Shown here in pieces: positions 55,917-64,000 of a stretch of DNA of 64,000 nucleotides. Source of the stretch: an uncultured Gammaproteobacteria bacterium (GTDB taxonomy: Bacteria > Patescibacteriota > Microgenomatia > Levybacterales > UBA12049); NCBI GenBank assembly GCA_964521295.1, contig CAZFRF010000001.1, forward strand, positions 705,016-769,015, read 5' to 3'. The notes beneath the pieces were generated by a model. The model saw only the letters and a program-made list of their open reading frames with translations, was not told the DNA's origin and did not search any database. Numbering within the stretch: position 1 is the first letter of the stretch; each line of letters begins with the position of its first letter. Position numbers and translations under genes: made by a program.

Positions 55917-56339
55917 TTAGGGCATTACGCAGTTTAAATCAACAATCAAATGCGTTGTTTCCTGGGCTCCTTTGGATACAGCAATATTATAATGAATATT
56001 GTCTTGATTATAAGAAAAATTTCCTGTTGCTGAATCAAAAATTACTTCAGGTGGAACTTGCAAAAAAGAAAATAATCCATTGCCTTTAGATGTAATGGCA
56101 ACATCTGCTATTGTTGTTCCCCAACCTCTATGATTGCTTATTTCTAAGGATTTACCTTCAGGCAAATCGAATGTTTGAGAATTGGTTAGTGGGCCTTTCT
56201 GGCAATCAACTAAATCGGTTGAGCCAACTTGTCCGTCAGCAGCTCCTTTGCACCCAGCTGCTACCAAAGCAAGACTAGCTAATGCAATCCCTGCTTGCCT
56301 ACGATTAACTCTGTTTTTAAATCTTTCTAGGCCAACCAT
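55917..56339 (-). CDS. Putative lipoprotein
   Basis: Basic N-terminus, hydrophobic stretch, AAGC lipobox. Confidence 0.7.
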   Translation of the reverse strand: MVGLERFKNRVNRRQAGIALASLALVAAGCKGAADGQVGSTDLVDCQKGPLTNSQTFDLPEGKSLEISNHRGWGTTIADVAITSKGNGLFSFLQVPPEVIFDSATGNFSYNQDNIHYNIAVSKGAQETTHLIVDLNCVMP

Positions 56340-56424
56340 AATTAAGATTTATTATAAATCTAGTTTTATAAAAGTCAATTAAAGATTGATCTGAAGCTAA
56401 AAATAAAGTATAATAGCTTTTACG

Positions 56425-56493
56425 CGCGGGGTAGTGTACAGTGCACGTGAGGCTCATAATCTCACAGGCTAGGCGCAACTCCTAGCCCCGCAA
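56425..56493 (+). tRNA. Initiator tRNA-fMet(CAT), structurally deviant
   Basis: CGCGGGG/CCCCGCA with C1:A72 mismatch, TGAGG-CTCATAA-TCTCA. Confidence 0.85.
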
Positions 56494-56511
56494 CATAGTC
56501 CCCAAATCTAT

Positions 56512-57294
56512 ATGAATAATAATCCAATTGGCATAATTGACTCAGGTCTGGGTGGTTTATCTATAGCCTCAAATTTAATTACTAATTTATCTTCGGAAAG
56601 TTTTATTTATCTTGGTGATTCTTTAAATTGTCCGTATGGTCAAAAGAGTAGGGAGGAGATTCTAAGCTTGACAAAAAAAATGATTGATTTTTTAGTTTGC
56701 CAAGAGATTAAGCTTTTGGTTGCAGCATGCAATACGATTACAGTTACCTGTATTGAGGACTTGAGAAAAGCTTATCCAAATTTTCCAATCGTAGGTATAG
56801 TTCCAGTAATAAAAACAGCAGCTAAAGTTTCTAAGAATAAAAAAATAGGCATCTTTTCAACTAAAGTAACTGCAGATAGTAAATATCAGCTAGATCTAAT
56901 TGAGAAGTTTCATAATGGTTGTGAAGTAGTAAATATTGGTTCAAGTGATTTAGTTAAGGCTATTGAAGCTTTAGATTTTGAATATGTTGATAGGGTTTTG
57001 GATCAAGAATTGGCGGTTTTCAGAGAAAAAGAAATCGATACTTTAGCCTTAGGCTGCTCTCATTTTCCGCTAATTAAGGCTAAAATTAAGGCAGATTTAC
57101 CAGGAGTTGCGATCTTAGACTCTGGCGAAGCAGTTTCGCATCAAGTTAAAAGAATATTAGAGCATAATCAACTGGTATCAAAACAAACAAATCCGAGCTA
57201 TAATTTTTATACAACTGGGAATCTGGAGCCAGTAACATATTTTGTTAATAAATTGACAAATAAGGCTAAAATCTCTAGAATTACGCTTCAATGA
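56512..57294 (+). CDS. murI: Glutamate racemase
   Basis: DSGLGGLS, CPYG, ACNT, LGCSHFP. Confidence 0.96.
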   Translation: MNNNPIGIIDSGLGGLSIASNLITNLSSESFIYLGDSLNCPYGQKSREEILSLTKKMIDFLVCQEIKLLVAACNTITVTCIEDLRKAYPNFPIVGIVPVIKTAAKVSKNKKIGIFSTKVTADSKYQLDLIEKFHNGCEVVNIGSSDLVKAIEALDFEYVDRVLDQELAVFREKEIDTLALGCSHFPLIKAKIKADLPGVAILDSGEAVSHQVKRILEHNQLVSKQTNPSYNFYTTGNLEPVTYFVNKLTNKAKISRITLQ

Positions 57295-58586
57295 AAGACT
57301 TTAAAGGATTAAAAATTGCAGTATTAGGCGCAGGGGTAGAGGGTTTATCTAGCGCAAAATACTTAGAAGCTAAAGGCGCGATAGTTGCCTTATTAGATGA
57401 AAAAGAAAATAAGGATTATTTAAGTGACCTAGAAAAGTATGATCTGATTGTTAGAAGTCCTGGTGTGAATCCTAAGCTTTTAAAAGATCTTCCCAAAGAA
57501 AAAGTTACCTCTCAAACTCGTCTTTTTATGGAACTTTGTCCAGCAAAAATCATCGGTGTAACTGGCACGAAAGGTAAGGGAACAACATCCTCGCTTATTT
57601 ATGAAATGCTTAGAAAGCAAGGATTTGATGCATATCTAGGAGGTAATATAGGAAAACCCCCATTTGACTTTTTGGACAATTTAAATGTTCACTCAGTAGT
57701 AGTACTAGAGCTCTCTAGTTTTCAATTAATTGATGTAGATAAAAGTCCAAATATCTCTGTTATGTTAATGATTACGTCAGAACATCTAAATTGGCATAGT
57801 GATTTAGAAGATTATATTTCTGCTAAGAGAAATATTTTTAGATTTCAGACGGAAAAAGACTTTGCAATTATTAATAAAGATTATCCAGAAAGTAGAGAAT
57901 CAGATATGGAGACTAATGGAAAAGTTTATTTTGTTTCTACAGAGGACGAATGTGAGAGAGGTGCTTTTATTAGACAAAATAGTGTTTGGATTAAGGATCA
58001 GGATCTAGAGGAAATGGTTATAAATACTAAGGATATTTTGCTTCCTGGTACCCACAATCTAGAAAATGTAACAGCAGCTTCAATGGCAGCGTATTTAGCA
58101 GGCGTTTCTATAAATAATATTGCGTATGTTTTGAAAAATTTTAAAGGCCTAGAGCACAGATTGGAATTAGTAGCAACAGTAAATGGAGTTAAATATTATG
58201 ATGATTCATTTTCAACTACTCCAGAAAGCACTATTGCTGCCATTAAAGCTTTTAAAAATCCAGAGATTTTGATTCTTGGTGGAGCTTCTAAAAATTCAGA
58301 TTTTGCAGAATTAGGAAGAGTAATAACAGAGGCTACAAATATTAAAGCAATTATTGGAATTGGAGAAGAATGGGAAAAAATTAAAGCACATTTAACCAAC
58401 TTAAATCAGGATGTTTTAGTTTTGGAAGGCGCAAAAGATATGGAAACAATTGTTTCGGCTGCTTCTAAATTAGTGGTTCCTGAAGATGTTGTTATTTTAA
58501 GTCCAGCCTGTGCTTCATTTGGAATGTTTAAAGATTATAAAGATAGGGGAAATCAATTTAAACTTCAAGTCTCTTCACTTAAATGA
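57291..58586 (+). CDS. murD: UDP-N-acetylmuramoyl-L-alanine--D-glutamate ligase
   Basis: RSPG, VTGTKGKGTT, GGNIG, ELSSFQL, LSPACASF. Confidence 0.96.
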   Translation: MKDFKGLKIAVLGAGVEGLSSAKYLEAKGAIVALLDEKENKDYLSDLEKYDLIVRSPGVNPKLLKDLPKEKVTSQTRLFMELCPAKIIGVTGTKGKGTTSSLIYEMLRKQGFDAYLGGNIGKPPFDFLDNLNVHSVVVLELSSFQLIDVDKSPNISVMLMITSEHLNWHSDLEDYISAKRNIFRFQTEKDFAIINKDYPESRESDMETNGKVYFVSTEDECERGAFIRQNSVWIKDQDLEEMVINTKDILLPGTHNLENVTAASMAAYLAGVSINNIAYVLKNFKGLEHRLELVATVNGVKYYDDSFSTTPESTIAAIKAFKNPEILILGGASKNSDFAELGRVITEATNIKAIIGIGEEWEKIKAHLTNLNQDVLVLEGAKDMETIVSAASKLVVPEDVVILSPACASFGMFKDYKDRGNQFKLQVSSLK

Positions 58587-59758
58587 ATAAAGTAACTTTT
58601 AAAATAGTTAAAAAAGATTCTCAAACTAAAGCTAGGGCAGGTGTAATTTCAACTCCACATGGTGATGTTCACACTCCAATTTTTGTTCCTGTTGGTACTA
58701 AGGCAACTGTTAAGGCATTGTCGAGTAGAGATTTAAAAGAACTAGGAGCAGATATGGTTTTGGCTAATACATATCACTTACATTTAAGACCAGGTGAGGA
58801 TTTGGTTGATAGATTTGGAGGTCTAGCTAAATTCATGAGTTGGAATGGTCCAACTATGACAGATTCAGGAGGGTTCCAGGTTTTTTCCTTAGGAGTTGGT
58901 CTTGAGCATGGAGTAGGAAAGCTTTTGAGAGAAGAAGAGGCAGAGGCAAAACCAAGGCTTAATAAAATAACTCCAGAAGGTGTTACTTTTCAATCGCATA
59001 TTGATGGAAGCAAGCAATTTCTGTCTCCTGAGGTTTCAATTGCCATTCAAGAGAAAATTGGAGCAGATTTAATTGTGGCTTTTGATGATTTAGAGTCGCC
59101 TAAATACTCATATGAAGATACCGAAAAGTCTTTAAGGCTCACAGAGGAATGGTTAGTTAGATCAAAAAAAGCTCATAAAAGAACAGACCAGCTTTTATAC
59201 GGAGTAACTCATGGAGGAAGTTTTAAGGATTTAAGAGAAGAAAGCGCTAAGTTTAACAATGAGCATTTTGACGCTATAGCTTTAGGTGGAGCACATAGAA
59301 ATAAAGAAAATTTATATGAAGTTTTGGATTGGACAGTCCCACACTTAGACGAGGATAAGCCAAGACATCTGCTTGGTATTGGTGAAATTGATGATATATT
59401 TGAAGGCGTTGAGAGGGGAATGGATACTTTTGATTGTGTTATCCCAACTCGTATAGGTAGAGCAGGGTACTTTTTTGTGTCTCCAGATTTGGGAAATGTA
59501 AAAAATAGATTTAGATTAAATATTAATAAACCTGAATTTAAATTAGATGAAAAACCTTTAGATGCAAATTGTGCATGCTATACGTGTCAAAATTACACTA
59601 GAGCTTATCTGCGTTACTTATTAACAAGTAGAGAGCTTTTAGCATATAACTTAATTAGTTTGCATAATGTTCATTTCTTAGTTAACTTAACTAAAAAGAT
59701 AAGAGAAGCTATTATTGACGGTAAGTTTTCAGATCTCAAAAAAGAGTGGTTGCCTTAA
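58583..59758 (+). CDS. tgt: tRNA-guanine transglycosylase
   Basis: TPIFVPVGT, NTYHL, TDSGGFQVFSL, FDCVIPTR, CACYTC. Confidence 0.96.
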   Translation: MNKVTFKIVKKDSQTKARAGVISTPHGDVHTPIFVPVGTKATVKALSSRDLKELGADMVLANTYHLHLRPGEDLVDRFGGLAKFMSWNGPTMTDSGGFQVFSLGVGLEHGVGKLLREEEAEAKPRLNKITPEGVTFQSHIDGSKQFLSPEVSIAIQEKIGADLIVAFDDLESPKYSYEDTEKSLRLTEEWLVRSKKAHKRTDQLLYGVTHGGSFKDLREESAKFNNEHFDAIALGGAHRNKENLYEVLDWTVPHLDEDKPRHLLGIGEIDDIFEGVERGMDTFDCVIPTRIGRAGYFFVSPDLGNVKNRFRLNINKPEFKLDEKPLDANCACYTCQNYTRAYLRYLLTSRELLAYNLISLHNVHFLVNLTKKIREAIIDGKFSDLKKEWLP

Positions 59759-59769
59759 CCCCATAACCC

Positions 59770-59803
59770 TTGACATCCGCATTAAATATCAGTATACTAG
59801 TAT
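59770..59803 (+). promoter_or_regulatory. trpR promoter with overlapping palindromes (candidate operator)
   Basis: TTGACA 59770-59775, 17 bp spacer, TATACT 59793-59798; palindromes AGTATACT and ATACTAGTAT. Confidence 0.7.
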
Positions 59804-60092
59804 GATGATATTTAAGAAAAACAGTGTAAATATTAACAAGGATATTTCAAGTCAGTTTGATAACCTTATAAATAAGTTTTTAGAGATTGATTCTAAAAAG
59901 GAAATGGAAGATTTTTTAAGAGGAATTTTAACTGATAAAGAATTAAGAGAAATACCTAATAGATTGGAAATAATTAAACTGTTAAAAAAAGAAATATCTC
60001 AGCATGAAATTGCTAGTCGTTTAGGAGTTGGAATTGCGACTGTTACCAGAGGATCAAAAGAATTAAAAAAAGGAAGATTTAAGTATGTTTAA
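59802..60092 (+). CDS. trpR: Trp repressor family (TrpR/YerC-YecD) regulator
   Basis: LTDKE...RLEII..L...SQHEIA..LGVGIATVTRGSKELK; start at 59802 or 59805. Confidence 0.88.
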   Translation: MMIFKKNSVNINKDISSQFDNLINKFLEIDSKKEMEDFLRGILTDKELREIPNRLEIIKLLKKEISQHEIASRLGVGIATVTRGSKELKKGRFKYV

Positions 60093-60153
60093 GATTTTGA
60101 TAAATAGAATTTGGCACAAGCCTCTTTTGGGGGCTTGTATTTGCATGGAATAA
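60085..60153 (+). CDS. Putative Trp leader peptide (22 aa)
   Basis: MFKILINRIWHKPLLGACICME; start overlaps the trpR end; TGG 60112-60114 abuts attenuator segment 1. Confidence 0.6.
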   Translation: MFKILINRIWHKPLLGACICME

Positions 60154-60201
60154 AATCATTTTCTATCTGAAAACAAACCTCCAATAAATGGAGGTTTTTT
60201 T
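60112..60201 (+). promoter_or_regulatory. Transcription attenuator (1:2, 2:3, 3:4 hairpins)
   Basis: Seg1 60116-60124, seg2 60127-60138, seg3 60173-60184, seg4 60189-60197 plus T run. Confidence 0.75.
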
Positions 60202-60219
60202 ATTGGAAAGGAGGTGAGT

Positions 60220-61119
60220 ATGATAGAAAATATTTTTAAAACAAATTTGGAGATTGCAAAGAGGGTAGAGGTGCCAACAGAGTGCCCGTTTATTTTAGTT
60301 GCAGTCGCTCCATGTAGGAGTGGAACAACTGCGCAGCTAAGGGTATTTGCTGAGGCTGGTGTTCCAGCTCATTATCAACCACTTAAGGCAATACTTAGAG
60401 ATTTGGAGCAGGGAAAAGAATCTGCGTTTAGGATTCCTGAGGATAAGCCTAAGATCTTTATTAAAGAGACAGTTGGGCCATATACCGTAGGAGAATCAAC
60501 GCTTGATCCTTTAGCAATTTTGCTGAATGCGGGCGTGCCTAAAGATAGGATACATTTAATTCCGATGTTAAGGCAGCCTATGGCAACATTTGCGTCGTGG
60601 ATTAAGGTGAATCAAGCTGTCGAACGCTTTTTTGGTGGGGCTATTCCGACTGATGATTTATTGTCTAATTTAATAACTTCTTATGAAACAGTAGAGCAAA
60701 TTAGGCAGCAGGCATTAGATTTAGGCATTCCAACAACTACATTTGTGCAAGAATCGTTAAGAGATAATTCGCCAATAGATGTTGTTGAGTCTCTATTAAA
60801 TAAGACAGGCTTAAGTTTTAATAAAAATTCTGTTGAAGGATGGAGATCTTTGCCTCAAATGGGGTCTATGGGATCAAATATAATTTTTCATCCTGTAGAT
60901 AGTGAGCCAGAAAAAGACGAGGGTGCTCAGATAATTCATAAAATTTTGTTAAATTCCGATGGGTTGCAATATATCGCTAAGGAAGATAACGATGCTAGGA
61001 TAATTCAACCAGAGCAGAGAAGAAGACTTTTGGGCTCAAGGCTGGGGTCTATTTATGAAGGATTCAGGGGCGCTTCGGAAATTGATCTAGGGTTAAAGAT
61101 CAAGCCATTTAGAGTGTGA
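60220..61119 (+). CDS. Sulfotransferase-like P-loop protein
   Basis: APCRSGTT (5'-PSB-like loop), IFIKE, LRQPMATFASW (3'-PB-like); strong SD AAGGAGGTGA. Confidence 0.65.
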   Translation: MIENIFKTNLEIAKRVEVPTECPFILVAVAPCRSGTTAQLRVFAEAGVPAHYQPLKAILRDLEQGKESAFRIPEDKPKIFIKETVGPYTVGESTLDPLAILLNAGVPKDRIHLIPMLRQPMATFASWIKVNQAVERFFGGAIPTDDLLSNLITSYETVEQIRQQALDLGIPTTTFVQESLRDNSPIDVVESLLNKTGLSFNKNSVEGWRSLPQMGSMGSNIIFHPVDSEPEKDEGAQIIHKILLNSDGLQYIAKEDNDARIIQPEQRRRLLGSRLGSIYEGFRGASEIDLGLKIKPFRV

Positions 61120-61120
61120 T

Positions 61121-61152
61121 AATTAGAGGAAGCATTAATGCTTCCTCTAATT
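61121..61152. terminator. Perfect 32 bp palindrome, probable terminator
   Basis: AATTAGAGGAAGCATT-AATGCTTCCTCTAATT right after the stop codon. Confidence 0.65.
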
Positions 61153-61194
61153 TCCTATGTTTGCTAATTAAAAGGTTGTGTATATAATAAGCGT

Positions 61195-62181
61195 ATGAGT
61201 AAAGTAATTTTTTCAGGAGTTCAACCGAGTGGCAATTTGCATATTGGTAATTTAATTGGAGCATTAAATCAGTGGAGAAATGTCCAAGAAGGAAATGATG
61301 CCTTGTTTTGTATTGTAGATTTGCATGCAATTACTGTTTATCAAAATCCAGAAGAATTAAGACAAAAAATTGAAGAAGTAGCTGCTTTATATATTGCTTG
61401 TGGTATTGATCCAGAAAAAGCCCATATTTTTGTACAAAGTCAAAATCCAGACCATGCAAATTTAGCCTGGATTTTAAACTGCATAACTCCTTTTGGTCAA
61501 CTTGAAAGAATGACTCAGTTTAAAGACAAGAGTCAATCTCAAGCTGATTCTACTACCGCAGGTTTGTTTGATTATCCAGTCTTAATGGCAGCAGATATTC
61601 TTTTATATCAAACTGATGAGGTTCCAGTTGGTGAAGATCAAAAGCAACATTTAGAATTAACGCGTGATTTAGCAGAAAAGTTTAATTCTAAATATGGTCA
61701 AGCGTTTAAATTGCCTAATCCAGTAATAAATAAAGATGTTGCTAGAATAATGAGCTTAACAGATCCAACAAAGAAGATGAGTAAATCCGATGAGAATCCA
61801 AATAGTAGAATCAATATTCTAGATACAGAAGAAGAGATTAGAGAAAAGATTAAAAAAGCAGTTACTGATTCTGGTTCTCAAATCTCAAGAGATAGTGGTT
61901 CAGAAGCAATCTCCAATTTAGTTGCTATTTATGCAGCTTTTGCAGGAGTAAGTTTTGATAAAGCCTATGAAGAGCTAGAGGGTAAATCATATGGAGAATT
62001 TAAGTCACTCCTAGCGGATTTAGTTGTTCAAAAATTATCTGATATTCAGAAAAAATATTCAGAAGTCATAAATAAACCAGAATATATTAAAGAGGTTTTA
62101 GAAAAGGGAAGAGAATATGCGGTATTTAAATCGTCTGAAACTTTAATTAATGTCAAGAAACTTGTTGGCCTCGTGTATTAG
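61195..62181 (+). CDS. trpS: Tryptophan--tRNA ligase
   Basis: SGVQPSG, HIGN, YPVLMAADILLY, VPVGEDQKQH, KMSKS. Confidence 0.98.
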   Translation: MSKVIFSGVQPSGNLHIGNLIGALNQWRNVQEGNDALFCIVDLHAITVYQNPEELRQKIEEVAALYIACGIDPEKAHIFVQSQNPDHANLAWILNCITPFGQLERMTQFKDKSQSQADSTTAGLFDYPVLMAADILLYQTDEVPVGEDQKQHLELTRDLAEKFNSKYGQAFKLPNPVINKDVARIMSLTDPTKKMSKSDENPNSRINILDTEEEIREKIKKAVTDSGSQISRDSGSEAISNLVAIYAAFAGVSFDKAYEELEGKSYGEFKSLLADLVVQKLSDIQKKYSEVINKPEYIKEVLEKGREYAVFKSSETLINVKKLVGLVY

Positions 62182-63043
62182 CTGCAAAAAAATCTTTTAA
62201 TTTATCAGCCCAAGCTTTGCTTTCATAATCCATTCCTGTGTCAATGAATAGCTGCGCAATGTCATCTGTCGCCATCTCGTCTATTGAATAATCATTATTT
62301 AGTAGGCCTGTTTCTGTAATAACAGATTTTGATAATCTTCCAAACAGTTCTGCTTGATATGCATCTGGTGTATTTTGAAAAGCAGTAATTCTAGCTTCTT
62401 TTTCAGCTAGGGAAAGGCTGTCTGGAAGAGATTTGAAATAATCCTCAATTATTTCCATACTTATGTTTGCAAAAGCAAAAGAATCTGCTAGAGTTAGGCT
62501 ACTTGATCCATCAATTATCTCCTGATATGACAGGCTTATTCCAAAATAGAGTTGTCCCAAACTATCAATTTGTCCTGTTGTAACAACTTTCATGTCTGGA
62601 TCGTTAACCACCTCTAAAACTACACGATCGTTATTTGATCCAATAAGAATATTTTCACCAGCTTGGCTATATTCTGCATTATCTGATTGAGGCATTTTAG
62701 AAAGAGTGTCAATTATTCTTGCTTCAGCTAGTTGACCTGCTTGATCTTCTGTTTGCAAGGCGAGTGAGGTATTTGGGTCAAATGAGTATCCATCTTTCCA
62801 AAGTTTTTTTTCAGATGCGCTAGGATTTACTCCTAATTCACGAGCTGCTTGTAAAAATACCTCAGCTTGGGTATGGGAGTTTGCTTCAGGCTGTACGGCA
62901 GCAGGATTAATGTCGGGATTATTCGGAGGAGTTGAGCAGGCTGCTAGATCTAATCCTGCTGAAAATATTAAAGTAGCAGCTATTCCCAAATTCCTTACTC
63001 TTTCTCTAGTTCTAATGTTTACTCTGTTTTTAAGTCTTTCCAT
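62153..63043 (-). CDS. Putative lipoprotein
   Basis: Basic N-terminus, hydrophobic stretch, LAAC lipobox, acidic body. Confidence 0.7.
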   Translation of the reverse strand: MERLKNRVNIRTRERVRNLGIAATLIFSAGLDLAACSTPPNNPDINPAAVQPEANSHTQAEVFLQAARELGVNPSASEKKLWKDGYSFDPNTSLALQTEDQAGQLAEARIIDTLSKMPQSDNAEYSQAGENILIGSNNDRVVLEVVNDPDMKVVTTGQIDSLGQLYFGISLSYQEIIDGSSSLTLADSFAFANISMEIIEDYFKSLPDSLSLAEKEARITAFQNTPDAYQAELFGRLSKSVITETGLLNNDYSIDEMATDDIAQLFIDTGMDYESKAWADKLKDFFAANTRGQQVS

Positions 63044-63131
63044 CTTGGGTGGAAGTATAGCAGATAAGTAACTAAAAACAAAGCTCAGCAGCCTAGAAAA
63101 TAAAAGTATATTGTGCTATACTTTCCAGACT

Positions 63132-64000
63132 ATGGCAGGTATAAAAAGACCCAAGAAACTAAAGCAAGTTAAGGTGAAGATGAAGTTCTCCTGGAAAAAT
63201 ATAATTATTTATTTTGCCTTAATTTTATTTACTGGTTTCTTGTTTTTCGGCATTACTTCTCCTAATGGAACTAATTCTTTAGATGCAAATACGAAAACAG
63301 TTTCCTTATCCACTCTTATTGCCGATGTTAAAAATGGAAAAGTAAAATCAATTGAAGTATATCCGAATAAAATTGTTGCTAAAGAGGGAAAGGTAACTTT
63401 AGAAAGTTTCAAAGAGACAAGCTCTAATGTGTATCAGCTTTTTAAAGATGCTGGTGTTAATTTAAATAAAACTAATGTTGTTATTAAAGACGATACAACC
63501 TTAAATAATTGGTTGAATATTTTATCGGGTGTTTTACCAATAGTTTTAATGGTCGCATTCTTTTGGTTTATTTTTAGGCAAGCAAGGGGAGCACAGGAAA
63601 ACATTTTTAGTTTTGGTAAATCTAGTGCCAAGCTTTTTAGTAAAGATACTCCAAGAACTACATTTTCTGATGTAGCTGGTGTTGATGAGGCAAAGCAAGA
63701 ATTAACTGAAATAGTAGATTTCCTTAAAAATCCAGGTAAATACAAAGCTATGGGCGCAAGAACTCCAAAAGGTGTTTTGATGGTTGGCCCATCAGGAACT
63801 GGAAAAACACTACTTGCTAGAGCAACTGCTGGCGAAGCAGGAGTAGCTTTCTTTTCAATGGCAGGATCAGAATTTATGGAAATGTTGGTTGGAGTTGGCG
63901 CTTCAAGAGTTAGAGATTTGTTCAACAATGCTAAAAAAGCTCAGCCTGCAATTATCTTTATTGATGAGATTGATGCAATCGGAAGACAAAGAGGTAATGG
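63132..64000 (+). CDS. ftsH: ATP-dependent zinc metalloprotease FtsH, partial
   Basis: Two TM helices, [35 protein letters not shown]; runs off the window. Confidence 0.96.
   Translation, partial: MAGIKRPKKLKQVKVKMKFSWKNIIIYFALILFTGFLFFGITSPNGTNSLDANTKTVSLSTLIADVKNGKVKSIEVYPNKIVAKEGKVTLESFKETSSNVYQLFKDAGVNLNKTNVVIKDDTTLNNWLNILSGVLPIVLMVAFFWFIFRQARGAQENIFSFGKSSAKLFSKDTPRTTFSDVAGVDEAKQELTEIVDFLKNPGKYKAMGARTPKGVLMVGPSGTGKTLLARATAGEAGVAFFSMAGSEFMEMLVGVGASRVRDLFNNAKKAQPAIIFIDEIDAIGRQRGN

Noticed and set aside
60093-60210. T-box riboswitch near trpS
   Set aside because: No GGTGGNACC T-box motif, and too short for stem I; attenuator geometry fits better
63209-63928. Minus-strand ORFs of 67 and 164 aa
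   Set aside because: Antisense shadows of ftsH
1-64000. Alternative genetic code, CRISPR arrays, rRNA, IS elements, prophage
   Set aside because: Conserved genes translate intact in code 11 with TGA stops; no repeat-spacer array, rRNA, transposase or phage gene was recognised

Overview
Low-GC chromosomal window spanning the replication origin of a small-genome bacterium. The gene set points to Patescibacteria/CPR, probably Microgenomates (inference). Standard code 11 fits the ORFs (TGA is used as stop). Order: DUF4012-rnhA-flippase-O-antigen ligase; jag-yidC-yidD-rnpA-rpmH; dnaA-oriC-dnaN; a 16 kb type IV secretion-like locus (C39 peptidase, lysozyme-like protein, VirB4, PrgI, five VirB2-like pilins, ATPase-wHTH regulator, an orphan of about 1150 aa, VirB6-like protein); six tRNAs including five Ser isoacceptors; tmRNA-smpB; cell wall and glycolysis genes; nrdR-nrdJ-pduO followed by a cobalamin riboswitch; VirD4-like ATPase; Xer recombinase; murI-murD-tgt; trpR, trpS and ftsH. 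The most notable signals are: (1) a four-segment Trp attenuator whose leader peptide is coupled to trpR and which controls a sulfotransferase-like gene instead of trp biosynthesis; (2) a B12 riboswitch with terminator in front of an unknown Zn-finger protein and a 46 aa tri-CxxC microprotein; (3) atypical tRNAs (Ser-ACT, Ile-TAT, Arg-GCG, deviant initiator); (4) pervasive leaderless promoters; (5) a 69 bp identical tract shared by two pilin paralogs. All product calls come from motif recognition by eye; no database searches were run.
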